Shown here: one piece after another, positions 50,153 to 62,809 of the stretch
Layout: every line of letters begins with the position of its first letter
How positions within the stretch are numbered: the first letter of the stretch is position 1
Source of the DNA: Macrostomum lignano
Taxonomy: Eukaryota
Direction: 5' to 3'
DNA: 64,000 nucleotides
Assembly: GCA_002269645.1 (NCBI GenBank)
Contig: NIVC01001520.1
Coordinates: 210,884 to 274,883, forward strand
Made by a program: the position numbers and the translations under genes
Notes under the pieces: generated by a model
Told to the model about the DNA's origin: nothing
Databases searched by the model: none
What the model saw: the letters and a program-made list of their open reading frames with translations, nothing else

Positions 50153-51796
50153 TCAAAGGATGCTATCCCAGTTAAAGTCGTCTTCAACAACATCTTGGCC
50201 AGCATCGTGAGCCGGCCGGTGCGGCTGCTGCTGGCTTGGCGGCTGATGGTGGCCCCAGCGTGGCGGCAGCGGCGGCGGCGGCTGCGATCGAGCGGTCGCT
50301 TGGGCCTGACGCCGCTGCACATCGCTGCCGACAGTCGGCAGCGGGATGACGGCTGCCGTCGCTGCCGCTGGTCCGGCGCCACCCAGGCCGCCTTGATAGA
50401 CGTTGGACTCGGCAGCGGCGGGCGGGCGCGAGCCGGAGCGGCAGTGATCCCACAGGTCGTGCAGGGCGCTGTCCGACAGCTGGAAGCTGTCCTTCAACTG
50501 TGGCAGCATTCGCTGCACAAAGTCCAGCGTTGAAGCTGACAGGTCAGGTGGTTGGCAGGGCGCGCTAACGCCGCTGCCGCTGCTGCCGCCGCTGCCGCCG
50601 CTGCCGCCGCCGCCGCCAATCTCGATGCTAGCAAAAGCGCCGCTGCTGCCACCCGAGGAGGATTCGCCGAGCAGGGAGCGGCAGATTGTCTGCAGAGAAG
50701 CGCTCAGACTGAGCTGGTCTGTTGTGCCAGCCGACGGTGGTGACAGTGGCGGTGGCGGCGGAGTCAGACAGGGTGACGGATCCGGCCGGTTGGGAAGCTG
50801 CATTGTTGCTGACGGCGCTGGCAGCTGCTGGGGCGCCTGAGCACCGGCCGACTCGGGAGCGAAGGCGGCTCCGAGCACCTGGTCGCTCTGGCTACCCATG
50901 AGTGCGGCCAAAGCGCCAACGGTGCTGTCTGTCAGAAGTCCGTCTTGGCCAGAGACACCGCTGGCCGCTAGTGGGGCCTGTTGCGGTGCCTCGCTCATGA
51001 AGCTGGCAAATCCCGGGGAGGAAGTGTTGCCGTTTTTAACGGCGCCAAGATCGACAACTCCATGCTGAGGATGTTGGTCGCCAGAGTCTGTCACAGTTAT
51101 GGTTGGCATCCGCGTGGCTGAACTGGCCTGCGTGCTTTCGGGTCGGAATCCTTCTCTTAGACTCCAATAGCAGCCTTTACCCAGGTCGCCCTTGTCTCTT
51201 GGTACTTTGATGAAGCATTTGTTAAGAGACAGATTGTGCCGGATAGAATTCTAAAAGTTTATAAATATTTATTTTGGGTGGCTTCTGTATGCGAAACATG
51301 AATAGTTTTCTTTATAAATCTACTTGATCAAATTTTAATCGAATATGCAATCAAGTTGTGATCGTTTTCAGAAAATTGCAAATCCAGTTTTTCAATTAAT
51401 AAAAACGTATTTATGTGTTGCGTCAGTAGAACATTCAAAAAAGCAAAAAATCATTTATGTAAAAATTCAGTCAAAATATAACAATATACCTACCTTCCAA
51501 CCATTTCGAGCATCCTTATAATATGGAAAGTTGTCAGTGATCCATTTATATATTTGACGCAATGACATTCGCTTCGATCTGGTGCTTGAAATAGCAAATT
51601 TAATTAAAGTAGAATAGCTGTGGGATGGCTTCCCAGTCTCTCGCTCGATTGGTCGAAAATCCTCAAAGTGTTTCGAGCTTGATGGATTTGTGAGCGACAA
51701 GCTTGATTCCAGGAGCTCATTTTTTGCAGGAGTGATGTTTACATCGACTGCAGATAGCCAGTCCATTGTAGTTAGACTGTTATCACACTCTGCCAT
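50153..51796 (-). CDS. foxJ2/3: Forkhead transcription factor, FoxJ2/3 subfamily (2 exons: 51796-51494, 51250-50153)
   Basis: N-terminal SLTTMDWL. Forkhead [15 protein letters not shown]...[13 protein letters not shown]|[29 protein letters not shown] is joined by a phase-0 GT-AG intron. C-terminal DDFNWDSIL resembles the FOXJ3 terminus. Confidence 0.9.
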
Positions 51797-54700
51797 TTTT
51801 AAAGCTTATCACACGGTCTTTTAACGTAAAAGAATGTGTGAAATAAATAAGAACCACCAATCATCAATAAAATGAGCGCTTAAACAGAAGTCAAATATTC
51901 ATTCAAACAGTCATTTCCCATAACAGTAAAAAAATCTAGCTGCAAAAAAACTTAAAGCAGTTTTAAAAGCTTAAAGAAAAAATATTATGTGAAGTTATTA
52001 ATAAATTACTTTTTATTGTATATATTTTGTTATAAAAACTATTTTTTGCTTGTACCGGTTTTCCGTTTTCCGTGAACGTTAATGAAAATTTGCTTTTGTC
52101 GTTTTGATTCTCAGTCAAAAGCAGTCAGTCATAAGTCATGTCATGACATGCAGTAGTCATGCAGCAGGGCCTAGCACCTTTTTTATAAATATGTAAAAAT
52201 GATATTGGTTTAATAATAATAGGCCAATAGACCTATATAGGCTAAAATATAGCCAGGGTCATGGTAGGGCCTTAGGGTATGCCTAAGCCTAGGCCTACTA
52301 CACCTTCCTCTTCTAGGCCCTACACAGCCCTGGGCCCTATTGGCTAGGGCCTACATTTTTCCCAGGACCCAGGCATGCTGCATAATGCAGTAGCCAGTAG
52401 CCTCATAGCCTATGGTGTAGGCCTAGTACGGGGTCAATTTTTTGGCAAAGGCCTACTATGTAAGCTTTTGAGTATAGGCCTAGGTAGGCCTAGGGAGGGC
52501 TAAAGTTAATAAGTCTAGGCCTACCCTAGCTTTGTTGAAAAGATAATTTAAATGAAAATGGCATAGCCATAGGCATCTAGATTAAAGTTTATACTAGAAA
52601 AACAAATTTACTCATGATATATTAATAGGCCTATAATATGGTAATATGCTGGATATTATCAGAGGTGTAGGACCAAGACTGCCACATACCAAGACCACCA
52701 CACTTGGGGAGCTAAGGGAGAAATTTGAATTTATGTGTTATTAGATGGTGCTAGAGAGGAGATGAGTGGGTAGGAGAGCCAGCAGCGAGAAAGGAACCTA
52801 TGGCTATGAGAGGAATAGCAATGCTAGAAGATTGGTAGCTCTCCCTCAATATCAGTAGCCAGTAATAGCTGTGGTGGTCTTGGTGTGTGGTGGTCTTGGT
52901 CATGCGCCTTATCAGAAAAGTGTTGCAACAACAAAGGACTTTTTTTGCATTGCAACAATATAAGACTTTTTTGAATTAGGCCCCCTACAACATTTAAGTT
53001 TTTTGTATACCAATGGCTATGCCATATGCCGGGTTTATAGCTCAATTTTTTGGCAGACTTTGTATACCCAATATGGCGATACTTTATGCCAACCATTTTT
53101 TTATATCAATTTTATGTTAGAATTTTCTATTATACCATGTATATTTCTATTTTCTAGTAGACCTACTACTATTTCTATAAGGATTTAATTTAGCTTAGGA
53201 AGATTCTCCAAGATATATTATCAGCTTCTGTTAAAATAATATTTCTAGATAGTTTTTACTAATTTAGCTTATGCATATAGCATTAAAAAGTAGTAACTTC
53301 TTGGCTGACAAGTGACATTGTGAATGCCCAAGCAGTAGTAGGTTGTGACTTGTGAGTGTGCCTCTTCCACAGGCCAACAACTCCATGACTATGTCCACAA
53401 GTCATGTGCATTTGTTTTGGAATGTGCAGACTACTAGTGCTACTATATAGTATGTAATATATGTATATACATTTATATTGCTTTGCATAGTAATTTTCTC
53501 ACATTAGTCACATGATAAAAAAAGTAATTTGCAGCATTGTTATAACATATAAGAATGGTACAACAAGGATGATACTAGAAAAATATCAATCTCAGGATAA
53601 TCCCACAATCCCAAGATTTGACATTTCCTAATCCTGGGATCCTGGGATTGACAGAAACTGGGATTTTGTGACCCCTACTTTGAACCACTTTTTAACAACA
53701 AAAATTTGCCCCTTGCTCTATCATAACCCTATCCTAGTCTCTAGACATAAGAGCTCTCCCTACATTGAAAGTGAAATTATTCATTTTAATTTTAGCCTTC
53801 AGTTAACCTAGCTATAATATAACATGTTATGCCATATAATATGTGATATCAAAACTCTATTGTTAAAGTTTCTAAATCTATATAGAAACTTAATAGCTTC
53901 CCTTTGAAAATGGAAACATTTATCTTAATTTTAGTCTTATTACCTAATTACAATATAGACATGGTATTGAAATCTCTGTTGTTTAAATATTATATTCTAG
54001 TTTTAGGGACTTATTAAGAGTTCCTCTCACTTTGAAACTGGCAATATTCATTTATCTCTACCTATATCAGATCAATAGTTCCAATGGTTTTTCAAGTCTC
54101 AGTTACTGAGATATGGGAACTAGAGAAAATGTGTTCCTATATCTATATGCTTTTTCTAAAAACCTTTGTATCCATAACTTCCTATAGCCATATCTATAGC
54201 TAAGGTGGAACTCTAACAACAACAAAGTATGCAAGGTCATGGAGCAAGGTATATTAGATAGTGTGCTGCAGAGCCTGAGAACAGACTAAGTCTGCCCAAT
54301 TGGCAGTGTTGAGCAAGTGCCCCAGTGTTGCATAGTAGGCAGTCCATGTATTGACAAGTTTGGGCATGACCTTGCCTAAATGGGCCCTGCAAGGTGAGCA
54401 GCAGAATGTTTTGAATGGGTTTTGGGTGGGGTAATAGCCCTTGGCCCAGATCAAGTGGCTGCCAATTGAAGTCACCACTGGCACAAGATGATGGATAGGC
54501 CTTGTAGCTTGGCCCAATCATACAGAGCCTTGGTCCCGATGCTCTTGCCAGTTTGAATATTTATACAACAGTAGTTATTATATGAGTATTCAAATATCTA
54601 TGAATATAGTCTGGATATCAAAGAATCCTAATAGTGATAAAATCATAGATATGTTCAAATAAACTATGAATTATAGAAAGGAATTCTAAAATGTGTAAGT

Positions 54701-54849
54701 TAAACAAGCTAGGTGCCAATTTGGCATCTAGGGTCCAAATTCAGGATGCCAAAATTAGTTTGTCATCACAAGCTATAGTGCAAAAAACCTAGATGCTAAT
54801 AGTCTTATGTTAACAGCTTAAAATTTTGACCTACAGAATTGCCAGCAAA

Positions 54850-55386
54850 ATGTCGGACAACAGTGCCAGTGCAGGCAACGCCATTAGCAGTTTTGATCAG
54901 CTTCGCCAAGAATGCGAGCTGACTGTGCAGTCTGTGTGCGACAGTCTGGCCAACCGCCTGCCTGCTGATTGCGATTTAGCCAAGATGCAGTCAGCTGTGC
55001 TGGCAGATTTCACCGAGTTTTTAGCCAACATAACCGCTGGCGAGTCAGTTGAAGCTGGCTGCGCTAAACTCGATCAGGCCAATGCCCGGCCGCTTCCCGA
55101 CGGCCGGTTGGCATGGCGACCGCCGCTGGATCTGCCTGGACCAGATCGGCCCAGGGCTATCTGTCGCGACGCCACCTATGCCGACCTGCTGGCCTATCAC
55201 GACTGGCTGCGTCAGCACTGCGCCAGCCTGCTTAATGAGTGCCGCGATTTGCGCGCTAATCTACGCGCCGAATTGGCGCAAGCCGATGCTAACGTGATTG
55301 AATTGGAGGCGCAAGCCGAGGTGCTTAGCTGTCTGGCTGGGTCAGCTGATCAATTCAATCTGGATCCCCGGCTGCTCCCTGAGTGA
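54850..55386 (+). CDS. PMF1: PMF1/Nnf1-like kinetochore (Mis12 complex) subunit
   Basis: LDQANARPLPDGRLAWRP resembles the Nnf1/PMF1 LD.......AWRP motif, followed by a coiled-coil-like C-terminus. ATG at 54850. Assignment rests on a short remembered motif. Confidence 0.55.
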   Translation: MSDNSASAGNAISSFDQLRQECELTVQSVCDSLANRLPADCDLAKMQSAVLADFTEFLANITAGESVEAGCAKLDQANARPLPDGRLAWRPPLDLPGPDRPRAICRDATYADLLAYHDWLRQHCASLLNECRDLRANLRAELAQADANVIELEAQAEVLSCLAGSADQFNLDPRLLPE

Positions 55387-55429
55387 CAATGCCAACTAGA
55401 ATTTGTTCGTTTGTTTAATACCTTTGATC

Positions 55430-55710
55430 CTGCCGCTACTCCCTGTCTATCAGCGTTTAGACCTTGCCGCTAATCCCTATCTTATCGATCCTTTGATATT
55501 GCCGCTACTCCCTATCTTATCGATCCTTTGATCTTGCCGCTACTCCCTATCTTATCGATCCTTTGATCTTGCCGCTACTCCCTATCTTATCGATCCTTTG
55601 ATCTTGCCGCTACTCCCTATCTTATCGATCCTTTGATCTTGCCGCTACTCCCTATCCTATCGATCGTTTGATCTTGCCGCCACTCCCTGTTTCATCGATA
55701 CTTTAATCCT
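55430..55710. repeat. 35-nt tandem repeat (atcttgccgctactccctatcttatcgatcctttg)n
   Basis: Direct array 3' of the PMF1-like ORF. Confidence 0.9.
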
Positions 55711-56089
55711 GCTGCTATTATTATGTCACAGTATTGTTTACCTTTGGATCCCTTAATCAGCGGCTCATATACAATCTAACCCTGATTGTGTACTTGTCCT
55801 CCTGGTGTCAGTTAAAGCTTATTAATTTATTACCGCAAGCGTTTTTTCGCGTTAATTACTTTGTGTGCTAGTTAAGATGTTTTGCATTTTGCATCGCACT
55901 AGCGAGGAAAAATTTTTTGTTTTTAGCTTGTTCAATTTCTACTCATTTTTGCTACAGTTTTTGTTATCAACAACCGTTTATTTTCCGTTCATACATAAGT
56001 AAATTGTCTCAGCAGTTATTCTTTTTGCATCAATCGCACTGATTGAAAAATGAGTTACTTTTTGTTTAAACATACTTCTAGCTACCACC

Positions 56090-56750
56090 GCTCTCCCAGA
56101 TCCTCAGTTGCTAGGCCAGCCTCCCAGATCCTCAATTTCTGGGCCACCAGCCTCCTAGATCCTCAGTTGCTGGGCCACCAGCCTTCCAGAGCCTCAGTTG
56201 CTGGGCCAGCCTCCCAGATCCTCAATTTCTGGGCCACCAGCCTCCTAGATCTTCAGTTGCTGGGCCAGCCTCCCAGATCCTCAATTTCTGGGCCACCAGC
56301 CTCCTAGATCCTCAGTTGCTGGGCCACCAGCCTTCCAGAGCCTCAGTTGCTGGGCCAGCCTCCCAGATCCTCAATTTCTGGGCCACCAGCCTCCTAGATC
56401 TTCAGTTGCTGGGCCAGCCTCCCAGATCCTCAGTTGCTGGGCCACCAGCCTCCCAGATCCTCAGTTGCTGGGCCAGCCTCTCAGATCCTCAGTTGCTGGA
56501 CCAACCTCCCAGATCCTCAGTTGCTGGGCCAGCCTCCCAGATCCTCAGTTTCTGGGCCACCAGCCTCCTAGATCCTCAGTTGCTAGGCCAGCCTCCCAGA
56601 TCCTCAGTTTCTGGGCCACCAGCCTCCTAGATCCTCAGTTGCTGGGCCAGCCTTCCAGATCCCTAGTTGCTGGGCCAGCCTCCCAGATCCTCAGCTGCTG
56701 GGCCAGCCTCCCAGATCCTCAGCTGCTGGGCCACCCCCACCCCAGATCGC
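56090..56750. repeat. ~21-24-nt minisatellite (cctcccagatcctcagttgctgggcca[c]cag)n
   Basis: Direct array ending ~80 nt upstream of the RpL24 ATG. Confidence 0.95.
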
Positions 56751-56829
56751 CCCCAGTTTAACCTTGTTGCTAATCTGCCAATCGAACGGTCTCGCGCAAC
56801 CCTCCATTGCAGCTCAAAGCATCTCAAGC

Positions 56830-57312
56830 ATGAAGCTCGAACTGTGCAGCTTCTCCGGCTTCAAGGTTTACCCCGGCCGCGGCCGCTGGCTGATCCGCAC
56901 GGACGGCAAGACCTTCCACTTCCTGAACTCGAAGTGCGAGCGCTCCCACTTCCAGAAGAAGAACCCGCGCGAGGTCAGCTGGACTGTGCTGTACAGGCGC
57001 AAGCACAAGAAGGGCCAGGTGGAGGAGGCCGCCAAGAAGAAGTCGCGCAAGTCGCACAAGGCCATCCGCGCTGTGGCCGGCCTGTCCATGGCCGACCTCA
57101 TGGCCAAGCGGAACCAGAAGCCGGAGTTCCGCAAGGCCCAGCGCGAACAGGCGGTCCGCAACGCCAAGGAGAAGGCCAAGGCAAAGGAAGCCGAGAAGAA
57201 GGCGCAGAAGCAGGCCGAGGCCAAGCAGGCTCGGGCTGGCGGCGCCGGCCAGAAGCAGAAGGCAGCCAAGGTGGTGAAGCCGAGCGCGCCGCGAGTTGGC
57301 GGCAAGCGCTAA
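56830..57312 (+). CDS. RPL24: 60S ribosomal protein L24 (eL24), intronless CDS
   Basis: [18 protein letters not shown]...[38 protein letters not shown] ... [11 protein letters not shown]. True ATG at 56830. Strong codon bias. AATAAA at 57392. Confidence 0.97.
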   Translation: MKLELCSFSGFKVYPGRGRWLIRTDGKTFHFLNSKCERSHFQKKNPREVSWTVLYRRKHKKGQVEEAAKKKSRKSHKAIRAVAGLSMADLMAKRNQKPEFRKAQREQAVRNAKEKAKAKEAEKKAQKQAEAKQARAGGAGQKQKAAKVVKPSAPRVGGKR

Positions 57313-58520
57313 TAGCAAGCAGACTGGCAGTACAATAGCATAACAATTCGAGGCTGGATTTGACATTGCGACATTTCTGATTATTGTCTATAATAAATTC
57401 AGAAATACACGATGACACACTGGGCAGTGTCAACCACAGATACTATAAACACTAGATAGGCCGCTCAGGCTAATTTTCTGGGCAAGTTTTTTATTCTACT
57501 TTCTGCTTAGTAGCAATGAAAGGAAGCAACAGTATTATTTGCTAAATTAGACAAATCGAGTGACTGTTTTTAAGACATCGTTTTGCTAACGCCATAAACA
57601 ACTAACTTGTTTTGTGCAGTAATGGTGTACATTAAGACGCGACAGACAGTGTGCAATGCCGCTATCTTTCAAAGTGGAGGAAGGGGGGTAGTCTGGAATA
57701 GGGTTAATATCAGTTTCGTATAAGGCAGGGTGAGTGGATCGATAATTTAGGCCTACTGGTGGTGGGATAGAAAATAAAGGACTGCACATAGCTAGCCTGG
57801 GTTAGGGGTGGGGTGGGGGTTGAGAGGTTGTGGGTTAGAAAATTTGGGGGTGGCGAATCGTGCTTAAATACAAGCTTATATAGATGAACAGGACAAGAGT
57901 CAGAGTTAAAGAAAGTTCGAGTGCATACTAGCTTTTCTATCTAATCTTGTACTCGAGAAATGTTTTGATTCGAACCACTGCTGTGCTCCCACTTGCACGA
58001 GCTTTGTACTAGTGCTATTAACATCCGAGAAAGAAAAATCCGTTGCGAATGCATAAATTACCAAAAGATGACACTGGCGAAGCGCTGGCAGCAGCTACTA
58101 CAGGAGCGTGGATATTGATCTTTATAAACAATTAAATCACGGGGCCTCCGTGTGTTCAGCTTGCACTTTATGGACGAGGCCTACTGCTGCCTTACAAAGT
58201 GCCACGGATGTGCAAGACATCTGTTTTCGCTGGGACGCAATCCCACACCAAGAGTTGATGCTGCCTCGGCTCGTTCAAATAGACCAGCTACCCTCTGTGC
58301 AAAGGACTGATAAACGATGAAGAGGCAGACGACATGTACCCTCCAGTGCTGGGGCCAATTAGCAATCTATCTGCAGCCGAGCCTGCGACTTGCCTGCTGC
58401 CAGTGCTGTGGCAGAGCAACCTTCGGCTACCAGATTCTGCGCCGAGAACAGCTGTTGCGGCTGAAAGCTCTCACCTCTGCAGCCGATTCGCGGGTTCCAA
58501 GCGCTAGAGGCAAAGATCAA

Positions 58521-58780
58521 GCGGCTGCAGCAACGATCCCGAAAGTGACAGGCGAATCAAGCGGCTGCAGCGGCAATCCCGAAAGTGACAGGCGAATCAA
58601 GCGGCTGCAGCGGCAATCCCGAAAGCGACAGGCAAATCAAGCGGCTGCAGCGGCAATCCCGAAAGCGACAGGCAAATCAAGCGGCTGCAGCGGCAATCCC
58701 GAAAGCGACAGGCAAATCAAGCGGCTGCAGCGGCAATCCCGAAAGCGACAGGCAAATCAAGCGGCTGCAGCGGCAACTCT
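58521..58780. repeat. 40-nt tandem repeat (gcggctgcagcggcaatcccgaaagcgacaggcaaatcaa)n
   Basis: Units start at 58561, 58601, 58641, 58681, 58721 and 58761, plus a degenerate first copy. Confidence 0.95.
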
Positions 58781-60383
58781 CGATGGTCAAGGCAAGTGCA
58801 GCGCAGTCGTGCATCCATGGACTGTGGAGGCGTGGCTAGCGCAGCTTCCAGCGGTCGACTGGGCGGCAGGGCGCTCGCAGTCAGGGGTGCTCTGGTCAAA
58901 GGATGTCATCTCATCAGCAGCTCATTGCAGCTGCACCACAAAAGTCCTGCTGCTTATCGGCTGCCTGTTACGAAACCACTGAGGATTGGCTCCATCGGAT
59001 ACATCCCTGGACCTTGAAGTGGCGCATTCGCCAGTTTTTTTCATCTGTTGGGCCGTTCTGAATGCTGCCTCTGAACAAGGGCGACTGGCGACCCTGTTCT
59101 TCGACAGCACGCTGCGAGTTTCACAAACAGATGAGCTGATTAAGATGAGAAATCTTTCTATTTTGCTTCACGAATATGGATTATGGAGTATATGATATAG
59201 CTCGTATTTGCTAAATATACAATAGTAGACTGCAATAATATAGCCTTCTATGCAATCTAAAGCATTCACAATGTTGCTTTGAATTGTGGAAAGTATAATT
59301 ATAAGTTTCTTTTTGCAAAAAATCAATACAATTGCTGCATTGCATTCATCTGTTTTTTTATTTTAAAAAAATATAAATAACGCTAAAATGTTTTTACTAC
59401 TACTAAGCAGAAAGTAGAGTAAACTGTCGTGTTGTGAAAATTGGCTGGAGTGGCCTATCTAGTGTTTATAGTATCTGTGGTGTCAACTGCCTGCGATGGA
59501 TGGCCGACTTTCGTATTGAAAGCTTGCTTTGGAAAGAAAAAAAAATATTGACTTCTGGTTTTTATTACAATGCGTCATATTTATATAGTAGCCAGAAATA
59601 AGCTAATCTGTACCGAATTTAAATTTACGCAAAATGGGAACATTGTAAAGCAATAATTGGGCATCAGAAATTGATTTATTATGCAACCAATTGTGTCAAC
59701 TGACGCCTGCATCAGCGCGCACTTTCTACTACTTGAAGTAGCAAAAGGCACAAGAGCTCACTAGTTTAGAATCCCTGCGTGATCTCAACCAGTGGCTAGT
59801 CCAAAATGCGAGTAGCAAGTAGCATAAGTCTACATGTGCAGTACAGTTATCACGGACAGCTGGATTAGAGGGACGCTGCACTCAATTTTTTAGTAGCCTA
59901 ATTTGTCTATGGCCAAACCCCATTCAGCGCTATGCGTTCGTTCCTTACCGGCCTCCAGCTTATTTCTAAGAAAACCTTCTCGAGCTGCGCGTTTGGATTA
60001 TTGGATTTTGCGCGCTTATACCAGTGCGCGCTTATACTATTGCGCACTTATGGCACTGCGCGTTTATACCAGTGCACACATACCAGTGCGCGCTTTCGTT
60101 AGTGCGCGCTTATACATAGCTATGTAGTTGAGTGCGCTTGCACTGGTTATGAAGGTGCCTCGATGATGATTCTCCACTCATATTTAGCCCACATTCGACA
60201 TTAATATTCTCATCATCACTGGGACAAACGGCCATGTATTTCTCTTATCCAAACCAGGTTATTTATCTCGCAAATGTATTTAATTAACACCTGAAAAAGT
60301 TGAGATCTAAAATTTTCTTTCGTGTCATAGTTATTGGTAACTCGATCCCTTCATTAGAAATGCTTTGCTTTATAACAAAGGGG

Positions 60384-60736
60384 GTTGCAGCCTAGATAGG
60401 GGATTGTAGCCTTAGATAGGGGATTGTAGCCTTAGATAGGGGATTGTAGCCTTAGCTAAGGGATTTTAGCCTTGTATAGGGGATTGTAGCCTTGTATAGG
60501 GGATTGTAGCCTTAGATAGGGGATTGTAGCTTTGTATAGGGGATTGTAGCCTTAGATAGGGGATTTTAGCCTTAGATAGGGATTGTAGCCTTAGATAGGG
60601 GATTGTAGCCTTAGAAAGGGGATTGTAGCCTTAGAAAGGGGATTGTAGCCTTAGAAAGGGATTGTAGCCTTAGATAGGGGATTGTAGCCTTAGAAAGGGA
60701 TTGTAGCCTTAGATAGGGGATTGTAGTTTAGTATAA
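60384..60736. repeat. 20-nt minisatellite (ggggattgtagccttagata)n
   Basis: Direct array abutting the SINE 5' end, whose first bases it resembles. Confidence 0.95.
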
Positions 60737-61020
60737 GGGGTTGTAGCCTAGTGGTTAGAGCGTCTGATTCACGACTTTAAGGTCGGGGGTTCGATTCCCG
60801 ATCCCCCAGGAAAAATTTGTGTCCTTGAGGAAGACACTTAACTCTTGCTTTAGTTCACCCAGCTGTAAAATGGGTGCCAGCATTAGCTGGGGTAATTGAG
60901 GGCGTGTGGCGACCCCCAGTCCTTGGACTGAACAGCCGTACGCAGCCTTCCGATGCGCCGCGCAATAGCTGCGGCTGAGCTGTCGGTTGGCCTATTAAGG
61001 CAGGTGAAATCAATTATTAT
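60737..61020 (+). mobile_element. tRNA-derived SINE family A, copy 3
   Basis: ggggttgtagcctagtggttagagcg (A box), gggggttcgattccc (B box), CORE-like domain and a shared 3' tail ending caattattat. Confidence 0.9.
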
Positions 61021-61940
61021 TTATAACGAAAACAAAATAATTTGATCGATTATTTTAGATTGTGTTGCTAGGCGGCCACAATAATCAAAAGTTCGTAATG
61101 CCCTTGGCACAATGTTTGCGTTCCGGAAAATTCGGAATCAAAATTCATTCGATTTATGACGGCAATTTATGACCTTCGTGGCCGCAATCGCTTGATGAAG
61201 ACTGAAATTCATTAAAATTCTGATTCCGTTATCAGAGTTTTGGATGGCCAAGCAAATCTCTTGAAGGGATTATCTGTAAGCTGCTGCCGCTAATGCTGTT
61301 AATCTGACTCACTAGAAGGGCTCTGACCTGCCTCCTCTCCTTAAATCCCGCGCGCAGCGCTTGTAATTAATGTCTCCCCTCTCGACTGGAAATGCCGGTC
61401 CAAATAAACAGTCCGCTTTACTTTGCATTCCCCCCAATGGCTGTAGGCAAAGGCTTCAATATATTGCATATTATATACTGCCTGCCTGCAATACTAGTAT
61501 TCAGGGCGGGACACTGCGAAGCTCTGATTTCAAGGAAAACACGGCAGCAAATAGAGGGGAGGATGGGGGGGGGTAAGTGGGGTGGGGGGAAGGAAAGGAA
61601 AGGAGCGATCGGTGAAAAATGCGAATACATTTAGCATAGGCCTTCGCCGCACCGGTTCAGCACTGCGGAGAGATTGAGATACAGCATAAGGCATAGCATA
61701 GAATATAACGGTTCGGCATTGAACAAAAATAGAGGCAGGAAGATGGCTTAGGCAAATTTTCTATTGGCCCATGGCCCCCATTGGATCGTATTGATTGCAC
61801 AGTCACCTCGCCTCTGTAGCGCAGTGCAGCATGCATATAAATGCATGCAACCGGCACTAGCCCGGCAAGCCTGCCTGCACACTGACTGTCCTGAATACCG
61901 CTTCATCGGCCAGTCTTTCTTTGTCAAGCAACTCTGCACA

Positions 61941-62621
61941 ATGCTGCTGTTGAGGGCCCTCATTCTGGCTTTGCCAGCTGCTGCGGCTCTGGTGACCTCT
62001 GACTCCAGCTGCAGACAGGCGGCAGTCCCGGCCGACTGCTCTAGGAGGGACCTGCGCCGCTGCGGCCGTCCGATAGCCAGCCGGTGCCAGTCGGCATCGC
62101 CGAGCATGCCAGGCCTCGGTGGTGCCGTTGCTGCATCGACTGCGACACCGCTAGACTTGGCGCCGATGCCGGCGCCACCGTAGGCGACAAGACCAGCTCG
62201 CGGCGCCAACTGCGACGGCGACTGCGTCGACTTGTGCGACGTCTCGGCGCTAATCGCGACGCAGCTGACGGTCGGCGGCTGCCAGCAGCCCGGCGCGACC
62301 GGATGATGGAGCAGCTGCTGGATCTGGAGCTGCGCCTGCTCAGCCTGAGAAAACGCAGGCGCAAAAAGTGCAAAAAGAGGCCGAAAGAAAAACACAAGGA
62401 ATGCAGCAGCAGCTGAGACTGCAGTCTCGCAGGCAAAAGCAAAATTGGAGGCGGCCGCGGTGCCTGGAGCCCTGGCAGTCTGGAGCAGCAATATTTTGTT
62501 GACAGACCGGCCTCTCAAACAGGTGCGGCCAACTCAGCTGAGAACGGCACTGAGGCCAGCTCAGGCCGGATTCTGGCTTTGATGAGCTATCTGGAGGGGC
62601 AGAGGACGGATAAAGTGAAAG
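61941..62621 (+). pseudogene. Frameshifted secreted Cys-rich protein-like region (gene fragment or pseudogene)
   Basis: Signal-peptide-like MLLLRALILALPAAAA, Cys-rich segments in two frames, and a strong donor AAAG|gtaggt near 62622. No continuous frame. Confidence 0.35.
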
Positions 62622-62809
62622 GTAGGTGGCTTGGTGTGTACTATAGGTTCCGGGTTCGATGCACGAGCAAAACTATTAAAGTACTTTCAAAAGCCCAAAA
62701 CTTGGTAACCTGAAACTTCATAATTCCTAGCCTATACACGGAGTGCTTTATTATAACAACCGTTTGGGGTTGCTGGGGTTGCAAATTTCTGAATCGCCCA
62801 AGTGGTTTC

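Noticed and set aside
52140-54800. AT-rich, CpG-poor region with short ORFs
   Set aside because: No recognisable motif, splice structure or element boundaries.
56764-56829. N-terminal extension of RpL24 in the ORF track
   Set aside because: Begins at a non-ATG codon. The conserved protein starts at ATG 56830.
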